NCBI GenBank assembly: GCA_965203295.1
Contig: CBDBCZ010000015.1
Location: forward strand, 384,001-448,000
Source of the DNA: Nitrospirales bacterium
Lineage (GTDB): Bacteria > Nitrospirota > Nitrospiria > Nitrospirales > UBA8639
Length of the DNA stretch: 64,000 nucleotides
Reading direction: 5' to 3'
Of this stretch, positions 28,490-42,294 are shown in pieces. Within the stretch, counting starts at the first letter, position 1, and each line of letters starts with the position of its first letter. The translations under genes were made by a program, and so were the position numbers. The notes beneath the pieces were generated by a model. It ran no database searches, was not told the origin of the DNA, and saw nothing but the letters and a program-made list of their open reading frames with translations.

Positions 28490-30625
28490 GTATAAGTTTA
28501 GCATGCACATTTTTGCTGTTTTCACTCACACCTTAACAGTCACCACTACGTCTTGATATCAAATATGTGACTATTTTTGGTATGCCTGCTGGTAATATTA
28601 AATCAGTTTTCAATTTTCAAGTGGGTGAGACTTCCAGTATGGAATATGACTTGTCATTCTGTTGATTGTGGTGAACCTCACACAAGTATCATCAATGAGA
28701 TAGCACAGGCTATAGAGGAAAGCCAATAAAGTCCAAGTACTAATACACAAGTTAGGCATAATAAAGAGCAAAACCTACAAGTAGTTGACTCTCTTCTCTT
28801 GCACAACTACCTGGGCTACATGTAGTTGAACTTGCTCGCTTCGCTTGCTCTATACAGATAGAAATGAAGTGCAGTAGAAATGGAGTTTGTGGTCGGCAAG
28901 GCCTACTCTGAATATTCTGTTCAAAACTCACTGAAAATTGCCCTATTACTACTGCACTATTCTTGATGCTTCTTCGTGCCTATTGTTATAGATGGTTAGA
29001 TAGATAGGTATCCAGGAATGTCCCATCAGCTTAAGCTGGTCTGCGTGGGCGTCCTGAACAAACAGTAACTGTAATACATCAACAAACACATCAACATAAA
29101 TCACAAGACTGAGTAGGGAGTTCATCCGATGCCATTCTGACCCTGGTTCTAGACCGGGAGGGTATTGGTGACCACAATAATCTTGGCCTAAGCCTATAGT
29201 GGAACTCTATAATAAGCAGTCACCCTTCAACCATGGCTGTGATAGAAGAGGTGGTTGTGTTCACTGTATTATGAGGTCCATTGTGCATTACCAATATGTA
29301 GGTTGGGCCACATAATATTATAGTGGCCATTATTGGGAGGTGGCTGCCACATAGAGTGAACCTATTACAAACACAATGGAACATACAATGAATTAAATTA
29401 AGTACGCACACTCACGTAGTATCAGAATGTCTAGATGTACATGCATTAAACAGGCAGATGAAGTGATCGATATGTAGCGCAGTCATTCTGACTTTGGAAC
29501 ACAAAAAAATAATTCAGTTCTGCCAAAAGTCTCTTACATTCTGCAATATAGTTCACTGGCTGTGAGAGGGCAACAGCTCTCAGCTGGATCCTGGGAAGGG
29601 CCAGGATGTGGTACTCCACAGTAGCCCCAAGCCTGACCATGTGCGACTTCTGCCCTGCATGGGGAAACCAAAAGAAATTTGCAGCTGTTCTTGATCTCCA
29701 TTCATTCAGAGCCTCTTAGCCCAGAATCAAAGGTCAAAACTGCCGTACACTGGCTTTGTGTACAACAGGCAGTCCCAGCGGATGTGGTGGACTATTGTGA
29801 AATAATTTAACATGATTGAACACGTCTATAAATAGGAGGAGGGGCTATGCTCACCTACACCTCTGGTTGGGGTGGGATCGGCGTTTGCAGCTGAATAGAC
29901 ACGGGACTTGCTCTCATCATGAACCTCAGATCAAGTGGACACTTGTACTCTCTGAAACAGACTGTCCACTTTTTGCAGAAACCTATCTCCCTGCTCAGGA
30001 GATTGGCGGGTTCCTCCTGGGTGTGATGAGCTTCTGAATGAATGGTGTGCAGCTGTGAGTGGACTTCTGCAGCAGATATAATTGAGGACAAATACAACTG
30101 AGTGTAATCATGAACAGGGTTCTACTATTACAGCCACAAAAGAATATAATTATAGCAGCAAGGAGGGAATTTTGAAAAGAGAAAGAACTGTGAGATTAAG
30201 GGAACAATCACCATATTAATGAGAATGAGTAAGGTTGCAGTTTTTGGAGGTGAGAGTTACATGTGCTCAAGTGGGTTTCTGCAGAAATATTTTATTCCCT
30301 CAGCTAAATATCAAACAGCAACTGGTATATTAAAGAGACAAAAAATGCTTAATAAAAGTTACTTTTCAAAAGCGAAAAAAAAAGAAATTAGCAAAAACAA
30401 ACTTGGCGTTCATTTTTAGTGAGCGTTTTTTAAAAATAAAAAAAAACGAAAATTTTTCAAAAAAAAGAGAAAAAGTTTCACCCGAAGGGCCAGGATGTGG
30501 AAGCTCAAGCGGCTAACGAACAAGAACTGACCCCAATGGATCCACTCCGCAGCGTGTACAGGTTTATACTGGAATTAAGGGAGGTAGGGGGCGGTCCCTA
30601 AGCCATAATGCCCCAAACCTTCAGT

Positions 30626-30697
30626 GCACGAGCCGAGATTCGAACTCGCGATCACTGTCTCCAGATACTGCGCCACTGCTCCCAGCACCACGGGGGG
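30626..30697 (-). pseudogene. tRNA-like sequence (degenerate or SINE-like)
   Basis: The minus strand has an A-box-like TGGTGCTGGG and a B-box GAGTTCGAATCT at tRNA spacing. The acceptor stem does not pair. Confidence 0.45.
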
Positions 30698-30783
30698 TGT
30701 TGGTGACAGTAGATGAACATTTCTCTCTTTTATATCAGTACTATTCCTATAGACATTCGGAAAAGAAAAAAAGGAAAATTAAA

Positions 30784-30855
30784 GTTCCCGGGCGGATTCG
30801 AACCCGCGACCTTTTCATTGAAAGGCGAAACGATTGCCGCTAAGCCACGCCTGCT
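30784..30855 (-). pseudogene. tRNA-like sequence (possible TTC anticodon, Glu-like; degenerate)
   Basis: Minus strand GGCGTGGCTTAGCGGCAATCGTTTCGCCTTTCAATGAAAAGGTCGCGGGTTCGAATCCGC. A-box, T-arm and B-box are recognisable; the acceptor stem is broken. Confidence 0.5.
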
Positions 30856-31261
30856 TCTGGAAATTTGATTGAAAATTTTCCCGTTAAATAAGGGGTATGG
30901 CAATAGACGCGAACAGGTCGAAGTTTCATATCATTGCTAGGTCTTTAAGTATTAGTTAGACCAAGCAACAAGGTTACTACAATGTTTTGAGCACCCAAGG
31001 GACTAATTGGCTGAAGCACAACCTACTTATTGACCGAGGCGGAGCTGTCGCTGACGCGAATGTTGAGAAATTGCTAGCTGACGCTTAAAGCTCGTTTTGC
31101 ACTACTGCTGTAAGCCAAGTTGGCATAGTAACATACTAACATCCACATCTGCTAGTACCTATGGTTCACCAAAGTCTGAGAAAGCTGTGAATTAGGGTGC
31201 CGTTTGTGTCAAAATCAATTTTTTGAGATACTTTGACTAGAAAATATATGGCATTTACTAT

Positions 31262-31490
31262 TAATACCCATGGTTATTTAGTAATACTCATGGTTACTTA
31301 GTAAATACCCATGGTTACTTAGTAAATACCCATGGTTACTTAGTAAATACCCAGGGTTATTACCTGGCATTTGCTAAATACCCATGGTAATTTACTAAAT
31401 ACGTAATTGCTAAATACCATGATCATTTACCATGATCATTTACCATGATCATTTACCCATGGTCATTTGCTAAATACCCGACATTTGCTG
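31262..31490 (+). repeat. Minisatellite, ~21-22-bp unit CCATGGTTACTTAGTAAATAC, decaying into a 13-bp CCATGATCATTTA unit
   Basis: Read directly from the sequence. Confidence 0.85.
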
Positions 31491-32565
31491 AATAGTCTCA
31501 TTCCCAGCCCTGTAGGGCTGGGAACGAGACTAATCAGATGAGCAGCACTGGAAATGCTCTCCCGAGATCGACTGTGTGACGGATTCTGATGGGTACTCAT
31601 CTTAGCGATGGCCTTATGGACAACTAATTCGCTGCCTATAGCCCGTACCCATACCCCAGGCGTAGAGTCGCGGAACGAGAGCACGATGATCTGGAATCAG
31701 GATTCAGATTCAGAATAGACTATTATCTATGCTCTGAGTTTCTAAAACCTTGTAGTGACGAGCTCGCATCCGGTCTCTAAATTGTGAAGCAGGTTTGCAT
31801 GTAGTGTGTTGTGCCAAAGTTGCACTACAGTACAGCTTTGCCTCGAAGGTCATTTACTGACTGTCAGTGCTCACATTGTGGTATTTTAGTCAAACTATCT
31901 ACATACGTGTATTACAATAAGTAACATATTTGCCTGGACTGTGCACTTACATATATTAGCAACGTATGTAGAGCGCTTTTATGTAGTGGATCCCTTTTTA
32001 TTGGTATTGCCACAAATCATATACAAGTGAACCTACCAGTCTCTACTCCCCACCTAGCTTTTTTGCATAGAAACAGCTGAGTGGGGAGTATAGACTGGGT
32101 ACAAAGTTAAAGTGGTGTCCCACCCAATTGGACGTTTAATCTCAAAAATGGTAGGGACTATGAAGGTAAAAATGCAACCCAGTAATTTTCTCAATGAGTT
32201 CTCGTCAATGAACACCTTTTTGAAACATACAGGGTAAATTTAACTTTCCAACTTTTTCCCTTGACCCCCCTCAGGAAGTACTAATTGTCATTGCATAGCA
32301 CTCGTGGTTTTAGAGACTTTGGTGAAACTTTCAGGTGCATAGGGGGTAGACAAGCCGAGATATTGATGTCCCAAATTCATAAACAATAATGAAAAATTGA
32401 CATTGATATCTTGGATTGTGTACAGAAATAAATGTTCAAAATAATATTATCTTTGGGTGGAACATCACCTTAAGTGAACCCCACACCAGTCTTATTTATT
32501 AATGTGGTAGCTAGTGGCAGTGTGTCCAACTGTGTGCATTTTGTGGTGTAAAGGGTGACTACATA

Positions 32566-33394
<829 letters not shown>

Positions 33395-34155
33395 CATGCA
33401 TGGAAGGAACAGCATTAAGTTGTATCCAAATACAAACAGGATAAGTGAAAACTGGATGAGTGACTAGTAACCATGAAATACTGGATACGGCAAAATAGTA
33501 TTAGTTATATGTATACATGTCAGTTGTATGGGTTAGCCAAGACCTACGGATAATATTGGCATTATACGTATTGTTCAAGACTTTCTCAGTGTCTTGGATT
33601 AGTAAACATAAGTGCCTATATACGTAAGTACTGCATAATTATGGAAATGGATGACATTGCCTGTGGAAGCGCTCACTTTTTTGGCAGTTAATTCATTATT
33701 AGTCCAAGACATGAGCTTGTGAAGCTTGAAAGTGGAAATCATGTGGATTCATTGGAAACAATTTGGTAATCACCAGTAGAATCCCAGAAGAATTACTGGT
33801 CATTCTACATGTACTTGTCATTTATCCACAGACATATAAGTGAGATACAAGGAACACTTAATTAGCTGCACAAAATATCACTCAACTGTGTACATAGAAA
33901 TCAAGGCCCAAACTCATGAAGTATGCATGGCCCCTGAAGTACTGTAAGGGTAGGCGTATATCATAGTCAGGGTGAACACACGGCAAATTGGCTGGCCCAT
34001 ACAAGTACGTATGAGTTTCCATGATATAGATTCATTTCAGAATGATTCTTATATACAAAAATTGAAAGTAATACACAAAGTGGAAACAACATCAAAGTAG
34101 TTAAGCAATGCATATAAAATATTGTGTAAATGACAAAGTGGCCGACTAAGGTAAT

Positions 34156-36027
34156 TTAGTCAAGTTTCATGACTACATGAGCCATTTGTGACATTGTGCT
34201 GCCACCATCATTGGACACTTTGCATGTGTATAGACCTTCGTCCTCATCGGTGAAGCAGTGGATAGTGTAGGTTGACTGGACCTCTTTGTTTAGGGAGAGT
34301 CCATTGAAGTACCACAGGTAACTGAGTTCTCCAGACCCAGTGGCTACACAGCTCAGAGTTAGGGGGTCCCCGAGTTCAATCTCTTGTGGCTGGGGGTGCA
34401 CTGAGATCACTGGTTTATCTGTCACTACTGGTGCTGTGAGTGGGAGGGAGAGAAATCAATGATAGTTTAATTCTGGTAACATGTAAACCGTAATGACTTA
34501 TTTACATCTGCAGCACAATAATTACCAAGCGAGATAACTCGTACCCAGGCCTCCCGGCGGGAGGCCTGGGTACGAGAGGAGAGAAGCAAAGCAACCAATC
34601 GTGTTGTATAGACTCCATGTGTGCAGGTTGATGTGTAGTAACACTACAGGAATGTAATTACAGCCTGCCAGAGGACAAAGAGACTATTTAAGAGAGCATA
34701 CTGTAGACTCGGGTTATTAAGCACATGCACTTATGAGTCTGAGCAGCAAAGAAATATGCGCTTAACAAAAAGTGTGCGCTTATAAAATAGCGATTTCTAG
34801 CACCGCCCATTAGTCCCACCCACCTTTCGCAACTCGTTCTATGGCTAGCTAGCTATCATGGCAAGGGGGGAAGATGCAATCCTGATTCACGAAAGCATCA
34901 TTCAAGGGCACCACGTGTACAAAATCGTCTTGGTGTTCAACGATTGGACGTCTGGTACAAATTATTGTCATGATAGTGGTTGACAACAGTCAGCTTGAAC
35001 TCTCTTGCATAGCTTTTCCTCTTAGCCTTTCCCGATCTGTTCGAGAGAAGGATAGAAGCACCAGCAGCCGTAGCCATCATGAGAATCTCCAGTGAAACAC
35101 TCGGTAATACTTAGCACATTGCAATCTCGATCTCGTGCTGAGAGAGCCCAAAGTTTAAAGTTTAATCGGGTGCATGCATGCGCTTAGTAGCGAGTAGCAA
35201 ATATCAGGAGGGAAGTATGCGCTTATAAAAAGTTGTGCGCTTATAAAATAAGGTGCGCTTAATTTTAATAACCCGAGTCTACGGTACAGTAGAGTTGAGA
35301 GCATGTACTGCAGTGGAGTTGCCTGCAGAGAGGCAGCAGTGATTTACGGAGGCAACATGTGTAGCAACCTAGAAGTAGTGGTAGCGATCTATGGGGGTTC
35401 ACCGGCAGTGAGTAAGGCTGATTCGGCAGCATCAGACACTGATGGCCGCCATTCTCAAATAACTACATGCACTCCCCCATTTTAATTGGAAAGGAAGTGT
35501 GTGTGTATGCAAGTGTTGACTCTTCTAGATCTACATGTATAGGTATTGCTTCCCATGAGGCTTCCACATGGAATACCATAATAGCTTACATGATGCTGAC
35601 GCCTGAGTGGTAGAAGCATTTGCTGACGTAGGTGGAGCAGATGATGGCACCGGCTGTCCACAAGGCTCATCCTCGTCCTCTGGTTCTCCTCGGCCCCAGT
35701 AGCCCATTCTTCCATACTGACCCCAGCGGTCTGGGGCACGTACCAGGGGACCCTGGCCATTGCTAATGGAGACTCTAGCAACTTGGGAATCCGTTGAGCC
35801 AGCACAATTAGTGACCCTACAGTAGTAGTCACCTCCATCGCTGTCAATGACTGAGTGGATAAGCAGCTCACGGCTCTCACGGCCATTAATCAGCTCATTG
35901 CTTCGGTACCATTGGAATTTTGTTGAAGAGTCAGGGTTCTCGACATCAACGAAGAGGCGAAGTGGCTGTCCATACACTACTGTAGAGCTGTAAGGCTGGA
36001 CTGATATTCTGGGCTTGGAAATATGCT
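34156..36027 (-). CDS. Last two coding exons (36027-35590, 34433-34156) of a tandem Ig-domain protein with MALT1-like Ig domains; 5' exons not identified
   Basis: Both exons are open, with canonical splice sites and compatible phase 1. Ig1: KPRISVQP..FQWYR..ELLIHSVIDSDGGDYYCRVTN. Ig2: KPVISVHPQPQEIELGDPLTLSCVATG..YLWYFNG..DEGLYTCKVSN. Stop TAA at 34158-34156; no TM helix. Confidence 0.8.
34701..35284. mobile_element. pogo/Tc1-type non-autonomous element in the Ig-gene intron, carrying a HIRAN-like coding remnant
   Basis: TA|CTGTAGACTCGGGTTATTAA ... TTAATAACCCGAGTCTACGG|TA, with subterminal TGCGCTTA repeats. From 34858 (+) it reads MARGEDAILIHESIIQGHHVYKIV. Confidence 0.8.
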
Positions 36028-37230
36028 CTATGGATAGAGAAAAAAGGACACATTATGGGTGGGATGTGTGGTACAATTTCAAAGTATGTGAATAATTCTA
36101 ACAGAAGCTACCTTTCGTGGTTTTGTGAAGATGAAGCAACAAGATTGCTAGCCTCATTCCCAGGCTACAAAAGGAGTGGCCTAGTAGACACTGTTTACAT
36201 GTAACATAATGTACATGTAAAATTGCACACACATGACAAGCACAGATGAATAGGCGAACCAACCAGGTAACCTTGCTCAACTTTCAGCCAAACAGAAACA
36301 GCAAGACTTCATCGATTTAACAAATTCACTTGGTAGCTTAGCATGAGTGTATTCTTCCATGCATGCGAACTGGTAAGTATACGGTAACAAATGAAATAAC
36401 GAGCATATAGGGTACATGTAGCTGTATTACGCTTGAATCACTGCACTTCAGGGAGGTTGGAACTCTTAACTCTCAAGTTCAGAGAAGCACACACATAGCT
36501 ACAGTACCATAAAGCTAAATTTCAAGTAATTGTTCATCAGAAAAGAATGCAGGACATTCTTATCAGTACTTTTTAGCATAGATAAATAATTGGCTGTAGA
36601 TAAACACAAAATTGTCAGACTTTAGTGCACTGTACCTACGTACAGTGCTGCTAGTTTCTTCAAATGTGGGCTTGAAGGGGAGGGTGCCTTTTCTGGCATA
36701 GAAATTAATTTTGTCAGAAGATGCAGCAGCAATTTAATATTAAACTCATGCAGAATGTGAAATACGCACCAATAGCTGTAGTCCAAATGCTAAATGCTCA
36801 GACATTTGCCTCATCTGTACATGCACTGTGTTTCCTGGAACAATGCATGTAGAAGGAGTGTTGGAGCCTACATGATTACCAAATTCCTCCAAATTAGTTT
36901 GTTTCTATTACTTACACATTTTATGTCACCCAGGCAGCATGAAACAGGATTAGTTCTCTGTAGGTATAGTGCATGAAGGTTTACAACCACTCAGTCATGA
37001 CATGTAGACTGCTTTCACTTACGTAAATTGTTTTTAGACCACTCCTGGGCCGTACTTACTACACTTCTCTAAGGTGTCCACTAGTAGGACACAACTGTGG
37101 CTCTGACACAATCTGTTGTGATGTAACAGTACAACTTCAGCTGTGTATTTTCAGACTCGGCATAATGCAGTAGCACTATTCTTCAAGATACATGGCTGTT
37201 TTCTATATACATGAACTTTACTCCATGCAG

Positions 37231-37733
37231 ACATTGATGAATGCGAAAGAGACACAGATAACTGCAGCGTAAATGCAAACTGCTCAGACACTAAAAGAAG
37301 CTTCAACTATACATGTGTCACCGGATATGAAGGGGATAGAGTGAATTGCACAAGTAAACCCAATTTCAGTTAGAGCTTTTACTAAATATCAACAATTTAT
37401 CCCACAATTCCAGTGTATATTGCCTGAAACCATTGTCACATTTGCACTTACTGAGTTCAGTATGAAATTACTGTAGTCATTTCTTTTCTATGCAGATATC
37501 AATGAATGTGATAGGGGCTCTCATGACTGATGCTAAAGCAGACTGCACTGACACCAATGGGAGCTACTTATGCACCAGCAGAGTAGGATTCAGTGGCAAC
37601 GGCAACACATGCAGTAAGAAGTTCTAGTGTATTCATTGATCAAGTGCATCCATTGCATTTTCTCCCTCATGATCAATAGGTTGTACTGATGGTCAGCTGA
37701 TGTTAGCAAATGGCTCCAGCTCCACAGAAGGCC
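37231..37733 (+). pseudogene. Fragment with two Ca-binding EGF exons and the start of an SRCR exon
   Basis: 37231-37353 reads DIDECERDTDNCSVNANCSDTKRSFNYTCVTGYEGD (one Cys lost). 37496-37613 reads DINECDRGSHD/(frameshift)AKADCTDTNGSYLCTSRVGFSGNGNTC. From 37680, CTDGQLMLANGSSSTEG, then truncated. Confidence 0.85.
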
Positions 37734-40700
37734 ACCGCCGCTCACGCTCACTCTAAATTCGTATGGGCAGAGAACACAAGCACTATATAGGCTTAATTTT
37801 TTTCAACTGCCTGAAAATACATTAATGTCTTGCAAGGCATTGGACCAGCAGAGATCTAGCTTCTCCTGCATGGACTCCTCTTTCTCTCCTCTCTCCACTG
37901 TTAACAAATTTACATATACCCTTTGTGCTAATAGTCATAGTAATTGAATTGGTAAACATTTATACAAATCTAGATTGCAACTTTAACTCTGTCATCATTG
38001 TAGCTACTTTCCCTCTTCCGGTTTTCTATGTTATTTTATTTATTGATTTGTGACTCCTAGTTTTAGGCCGGGCATTCTTGTGTATGCGTGTCACGAAAAT
38101 AAAATATTCTATTCTATAGTCATCAAACAGTACCTCCATAGGCTCAAGCAGATTGCAGTTTTATTAAACTATATTATGCTATAGTCTTACAGTGCGTACT
38201 TCTAATTGTGCTCAACAAACTGTCGAACCAGCATTAAGTATATACAAGCGCGCGACAGCATACGGCATGCGCAGTTGCGCACATACAATAGTGTCTGCAT
38301 CAAGGGTAGAATGCACAGCTGGGGATTGAACCCATGAACCTTTTCAAAAACACAATGAGGTACTAGAACCCATGAGTAGTACCCAGCTTTACACTAGCCT
38401 TGTGCCCAGGCTCTTGCGGTGCCTGGGTGCTAGGCTATATCTAAACCTGCTTGTATCACACATACAAACGGGACTGCCAGTAAAGTGTACAGCTTACCCA
38501 TAGTATACATTGGCAGACAGAGTACACATTTTCCATCCGCCTAGTTATTCTGCATTAGCGCTTCAACAGATTGGCCATGGTTATAACACTTTATTGGCTT
38601 TGGCTTCACCTGAGCAGCCAATAAATCGCTTATCATTAATCGCTTTCACCTTGTGCTTAAACACACCTGCCAGTAGGAACTAGCCAACTTTCTTGCTATT
38701 ATGCTCATAATCATGCTCATAATCGCCTTTCTTGCTATTATGCTCATAATCATGCTATTATGCTCATCAAGTATCAGCAAAGGCACATCAAGTTGGAGCA
38801 TAGTCGCAGGGGAGTTAGAACATCAGAGCATAGCATATCAATGATTTTGAGCATAATCTCCACAAGCCTTAGCTGTATACAGTACTACATGTAGCAGTCC
38901 CTCTGACACGTATGTATGGCTGCCACAGTACAATATAGGCCTGCTAGAATAGCAGACCCTCCAAAATTTTGTGAAAACAGGAAGGGTGGCAGGGTAGAGC
39001 GCAGCTAGATAGGGCTCTGGCTCTTATATACTGAGAGGTTGCTTAAAGCACTTGTGGGTTTACAAGGCTACAATAATTGTTCATGAATATAATCATGCAA
39101 GTATGATCGCTTTTAGCTCTCTGCTCTAATGTTTTGTCTGTCCAGGAGTGGGCTAATATTCAGGGATGTGCTAATACTCAGGGGTGGGCTTATAATCAAG
39201 AGTGGGCTTATACTCAGTGTGGGCTTATACTCAAGGGTGGACTTAATTATATGCTCTGGGTGGGTTAAAACAGGGAGAACAATGCCCTTTGGTGTTCTTA
39301 AAACATTGATATGGTACCAATTGCCATCAGAGGAACTTAGGCATGTACGTATGTGTAGCTAGAACTATACCTAATTACCTGGGAAGTACTGCAGTGCAGC
39401 GTGGCCTGTTATCTAGTCAGCTTCAGGACAGGATCATGTATCTTGCTTCTGTTGTGTAAAGACAGACAGCCATCACCTGTATACGACAAGGCGGTTGTAG
39501 AGATGACATCAAAGTACATCCAGTGCATTCTAGTTGAAAACCTAACAATTAGTGAACAAAAAGTGACATTCAGAGAAGAAAAAATACAAATGTTACTTAC
39601 GTACGTACGTACGTACACCACTTCGCACAGCTTGAACCCAGCATACATTCTGAACATGGACCAGTGCATGCTGTCTGTATCTTGTCCTACGGGGGAAAAT
39701 GTGGATATTCATGTGACAAGACAGAAATTATCCATTTACAGTACTGGACATCACCAATGCCATCCTATTCTGTGACCTGCGATAACAGGATTAGGTGAGT
39801 GCTGTGAGCAAGGCAGTCATACAGCTGTACATGAAGGGTGGTTTGTGCTGCTAGCCATTTGTGAGATGACGACATGCACTCATAATAATTTACATGAGTG
39901 TCCAGTATATGAAGGCCTGCTGGCTATATATGGCGATGGATATGGGAGGTATAATGTACGTCCTCAACCTCTGTACATTAATTTCCCATTTACCCAGTTT
40001 CTCTACTGTTTTGTGGCTAAAATCAACAATGTCAATTATTTAGTGAACAGAAAGTGACATTACGCAGAATGGTCAATTTGTGCAATCATAACTCATGCAA
40101 GATTAGTCATAATGTAAGAAATAAGGGGGGGGGGTCCTCACTACATAAAAACTTCATTCCTCCTGCCAAGTGAAGGTGTCACACCACTTAGCTGCTGGCT
40201 GCAAAAAGATCAGGTGGCTCTACATACAAGCCCATTCAGTCCCAATATGCATACAGCCAATATAGCTCAGAGGTGCAGTGTAATATGTAGCAGTATCTCT
40301 ACCTTGTCCTGCCACATGTGACGTTAGTAGTACACACTAGATCCAAATGCATCTCTTACTACATGTGTATCCATGCAACAATGCTACGTATCCTAGAAAG
40401 AGCAAATATGACATGAATACAACATGGGTATTCTTAACAGTGTTTCATACAAAGGGAGGGGGGGCGCAGTTGGATCTCCTCTCTCCCCTTCCCTTCAGAA
40501 TTTTAAAATTATGATGTCATATTTACTAATGACACTGATTTTGAATTCAAGTGTTGCATAGTTAGCTAGCAGCCAAAAGCCACCAGAATATAAATTTTTT
40601 GAGGGGCATGCCCCCAGACCCCCTAGAAGGGTGTGGTTTGCACATACCTAGGTAGGTAGCCTGTTTCACAAGGTGTACACGTAAGTGAAGGTTAGCTTCT

Positions 40701-40884
40701 AATGAGTGATTATTGCATACATTGACTATCCCTAAGCATTAAGTCTCCATCCCACAGCAAAAAGTCTTGTATGAAACTCTGCTTAAGAGTGACAATATGG
40801 CCAAGCTTAAAGATACACTGCCAAGTATAATGATAAAATTCAGCACAAGTAAAAAATGGTACAGCTAGTGCCCCAGAGCAAAAG

Positions 40885-42140
40885 AAAGTACTCATGTTGT
40901 TGCCATAGTACTTGCGCCATTGACCACATGCACCACCATACGCAGTTGTATGATCTCCAGTCAGAGGACAAGAGCAAGAGCAAACAGACGTTTCACAGTC
41001 CTGATCACCATATAACTTATTCTTCCAAGTATCCCAAATTAAAACTCTTTACTAGTTTTAATAAAGCCTTAAAATCATACCTGTCCCAATTTTCCACCCT
41101 AACCTGTTAATTCTCTTAATTATTGAGTGCACTATACTTTTCAAAACTGCCCCACAACTGTCTAATATTTCCATGAAAGTATTTCTTATTGCAGCATACA
41201 CAGGACACTCCCAGAGCACATGTACTACACTCTCAAATTCATCCCCACATAACTTACACACTGCCTGTCATTTTTACCCCCATGTCTTCCTAACTCTTCA
41301 TTCAGACCTAAACTTAAACAGCAATCGTGTTCCTGGATCCACTGAGAGTAATTCTTGAATTTTATTTCCTTACAAAAAGACTTGGACAGACTCAGTTTAT
41401 TTAAGCCAACTTTAAAGTCTTTATATTCGCTCTCTATATCTCAACTCTTTATCTACTCTCTCTAAGAACAAATTTACATTGTTATTATTTCCTGTCTGTC
41501 TTGATTTCACTGTAGCAACAACTCACTGATTAGTTTCCTCCAAGTCTTCCTCTGCCTACCCCTACACAGATTCACTTCCCACTCAAGAGTCTAGTAATAA
41601 TCTAGGATATCTCTCATCAACCAAATATTATTATTGACACCACTTAAGTTTGCACTATTCCCTCCTGCCTTTTAAAGACTCTAACTTCATATCCCCTCTT
41701 ACTGCTTCATTGCACGTTTTAGAAGAGCAGCCAAGAATCTTTTCAGCTGATTAGATTCCAAGGAAGCTGTCTGTCGCTTATTACAGGCCTACACTTCATG
41801 ACCATCCCATGAACCATTATTAGCAAATTCAATGCCCAAGTAACTGTAACTTGCAACCCTTGGAATGTCTGCATTTATTACAAAAGCCCTGTACTACATT
41901 AATATTAATGTCTGTAAGTCCTCGGCATTTAGTAGTTAAACCTACAAAATCATCAGCAAACTTTAGACCCCCAACCTTAACATCCTTCTCCTTAATGCCA
42001 ATCCCAGCCTTCTCAACCTCATTTAACAACTGATTGATGAAAATGAAAAGAGAACTAGGCAAAATACTACAACCGTGTGCCACCCCTTGACCTATATTGA
42101 ATGGTTTGGATTTTTCTCCCTCCAGTAAAACAGCACTCAT
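40885..42140 (-). mobile_element. 5'-truncated LINE remnant (RT, CCHC knuckle, 3' tail)
   Basis: FNIGQGVAHGCS, GGLKFADDFVG and CKLCGDEFESVVHVLWECPVY. Confidence 0.85.
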
Positions 42141-42294
42141 AAGAACCTTGCATACAAAAGGAAAGTTCTCTGAATACGGGAAAGTGAAGTTAACGTTTAA
42201 CTTAACTTTTGCCATGGGGAAGACTACAGCATCTGAGTAGTTGAAATATTGGCGGAATTTCGAAAGTTGGTACTCAGAGAATTTTCCTTTCTTA

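Noticed and set aside
29446..30097. Minus-strand coding exons
   Set aside because: Splice-like signals exist, but no frame gives a recognisable domain and stops interrupt the plausible frames. It cannot be named or supported.
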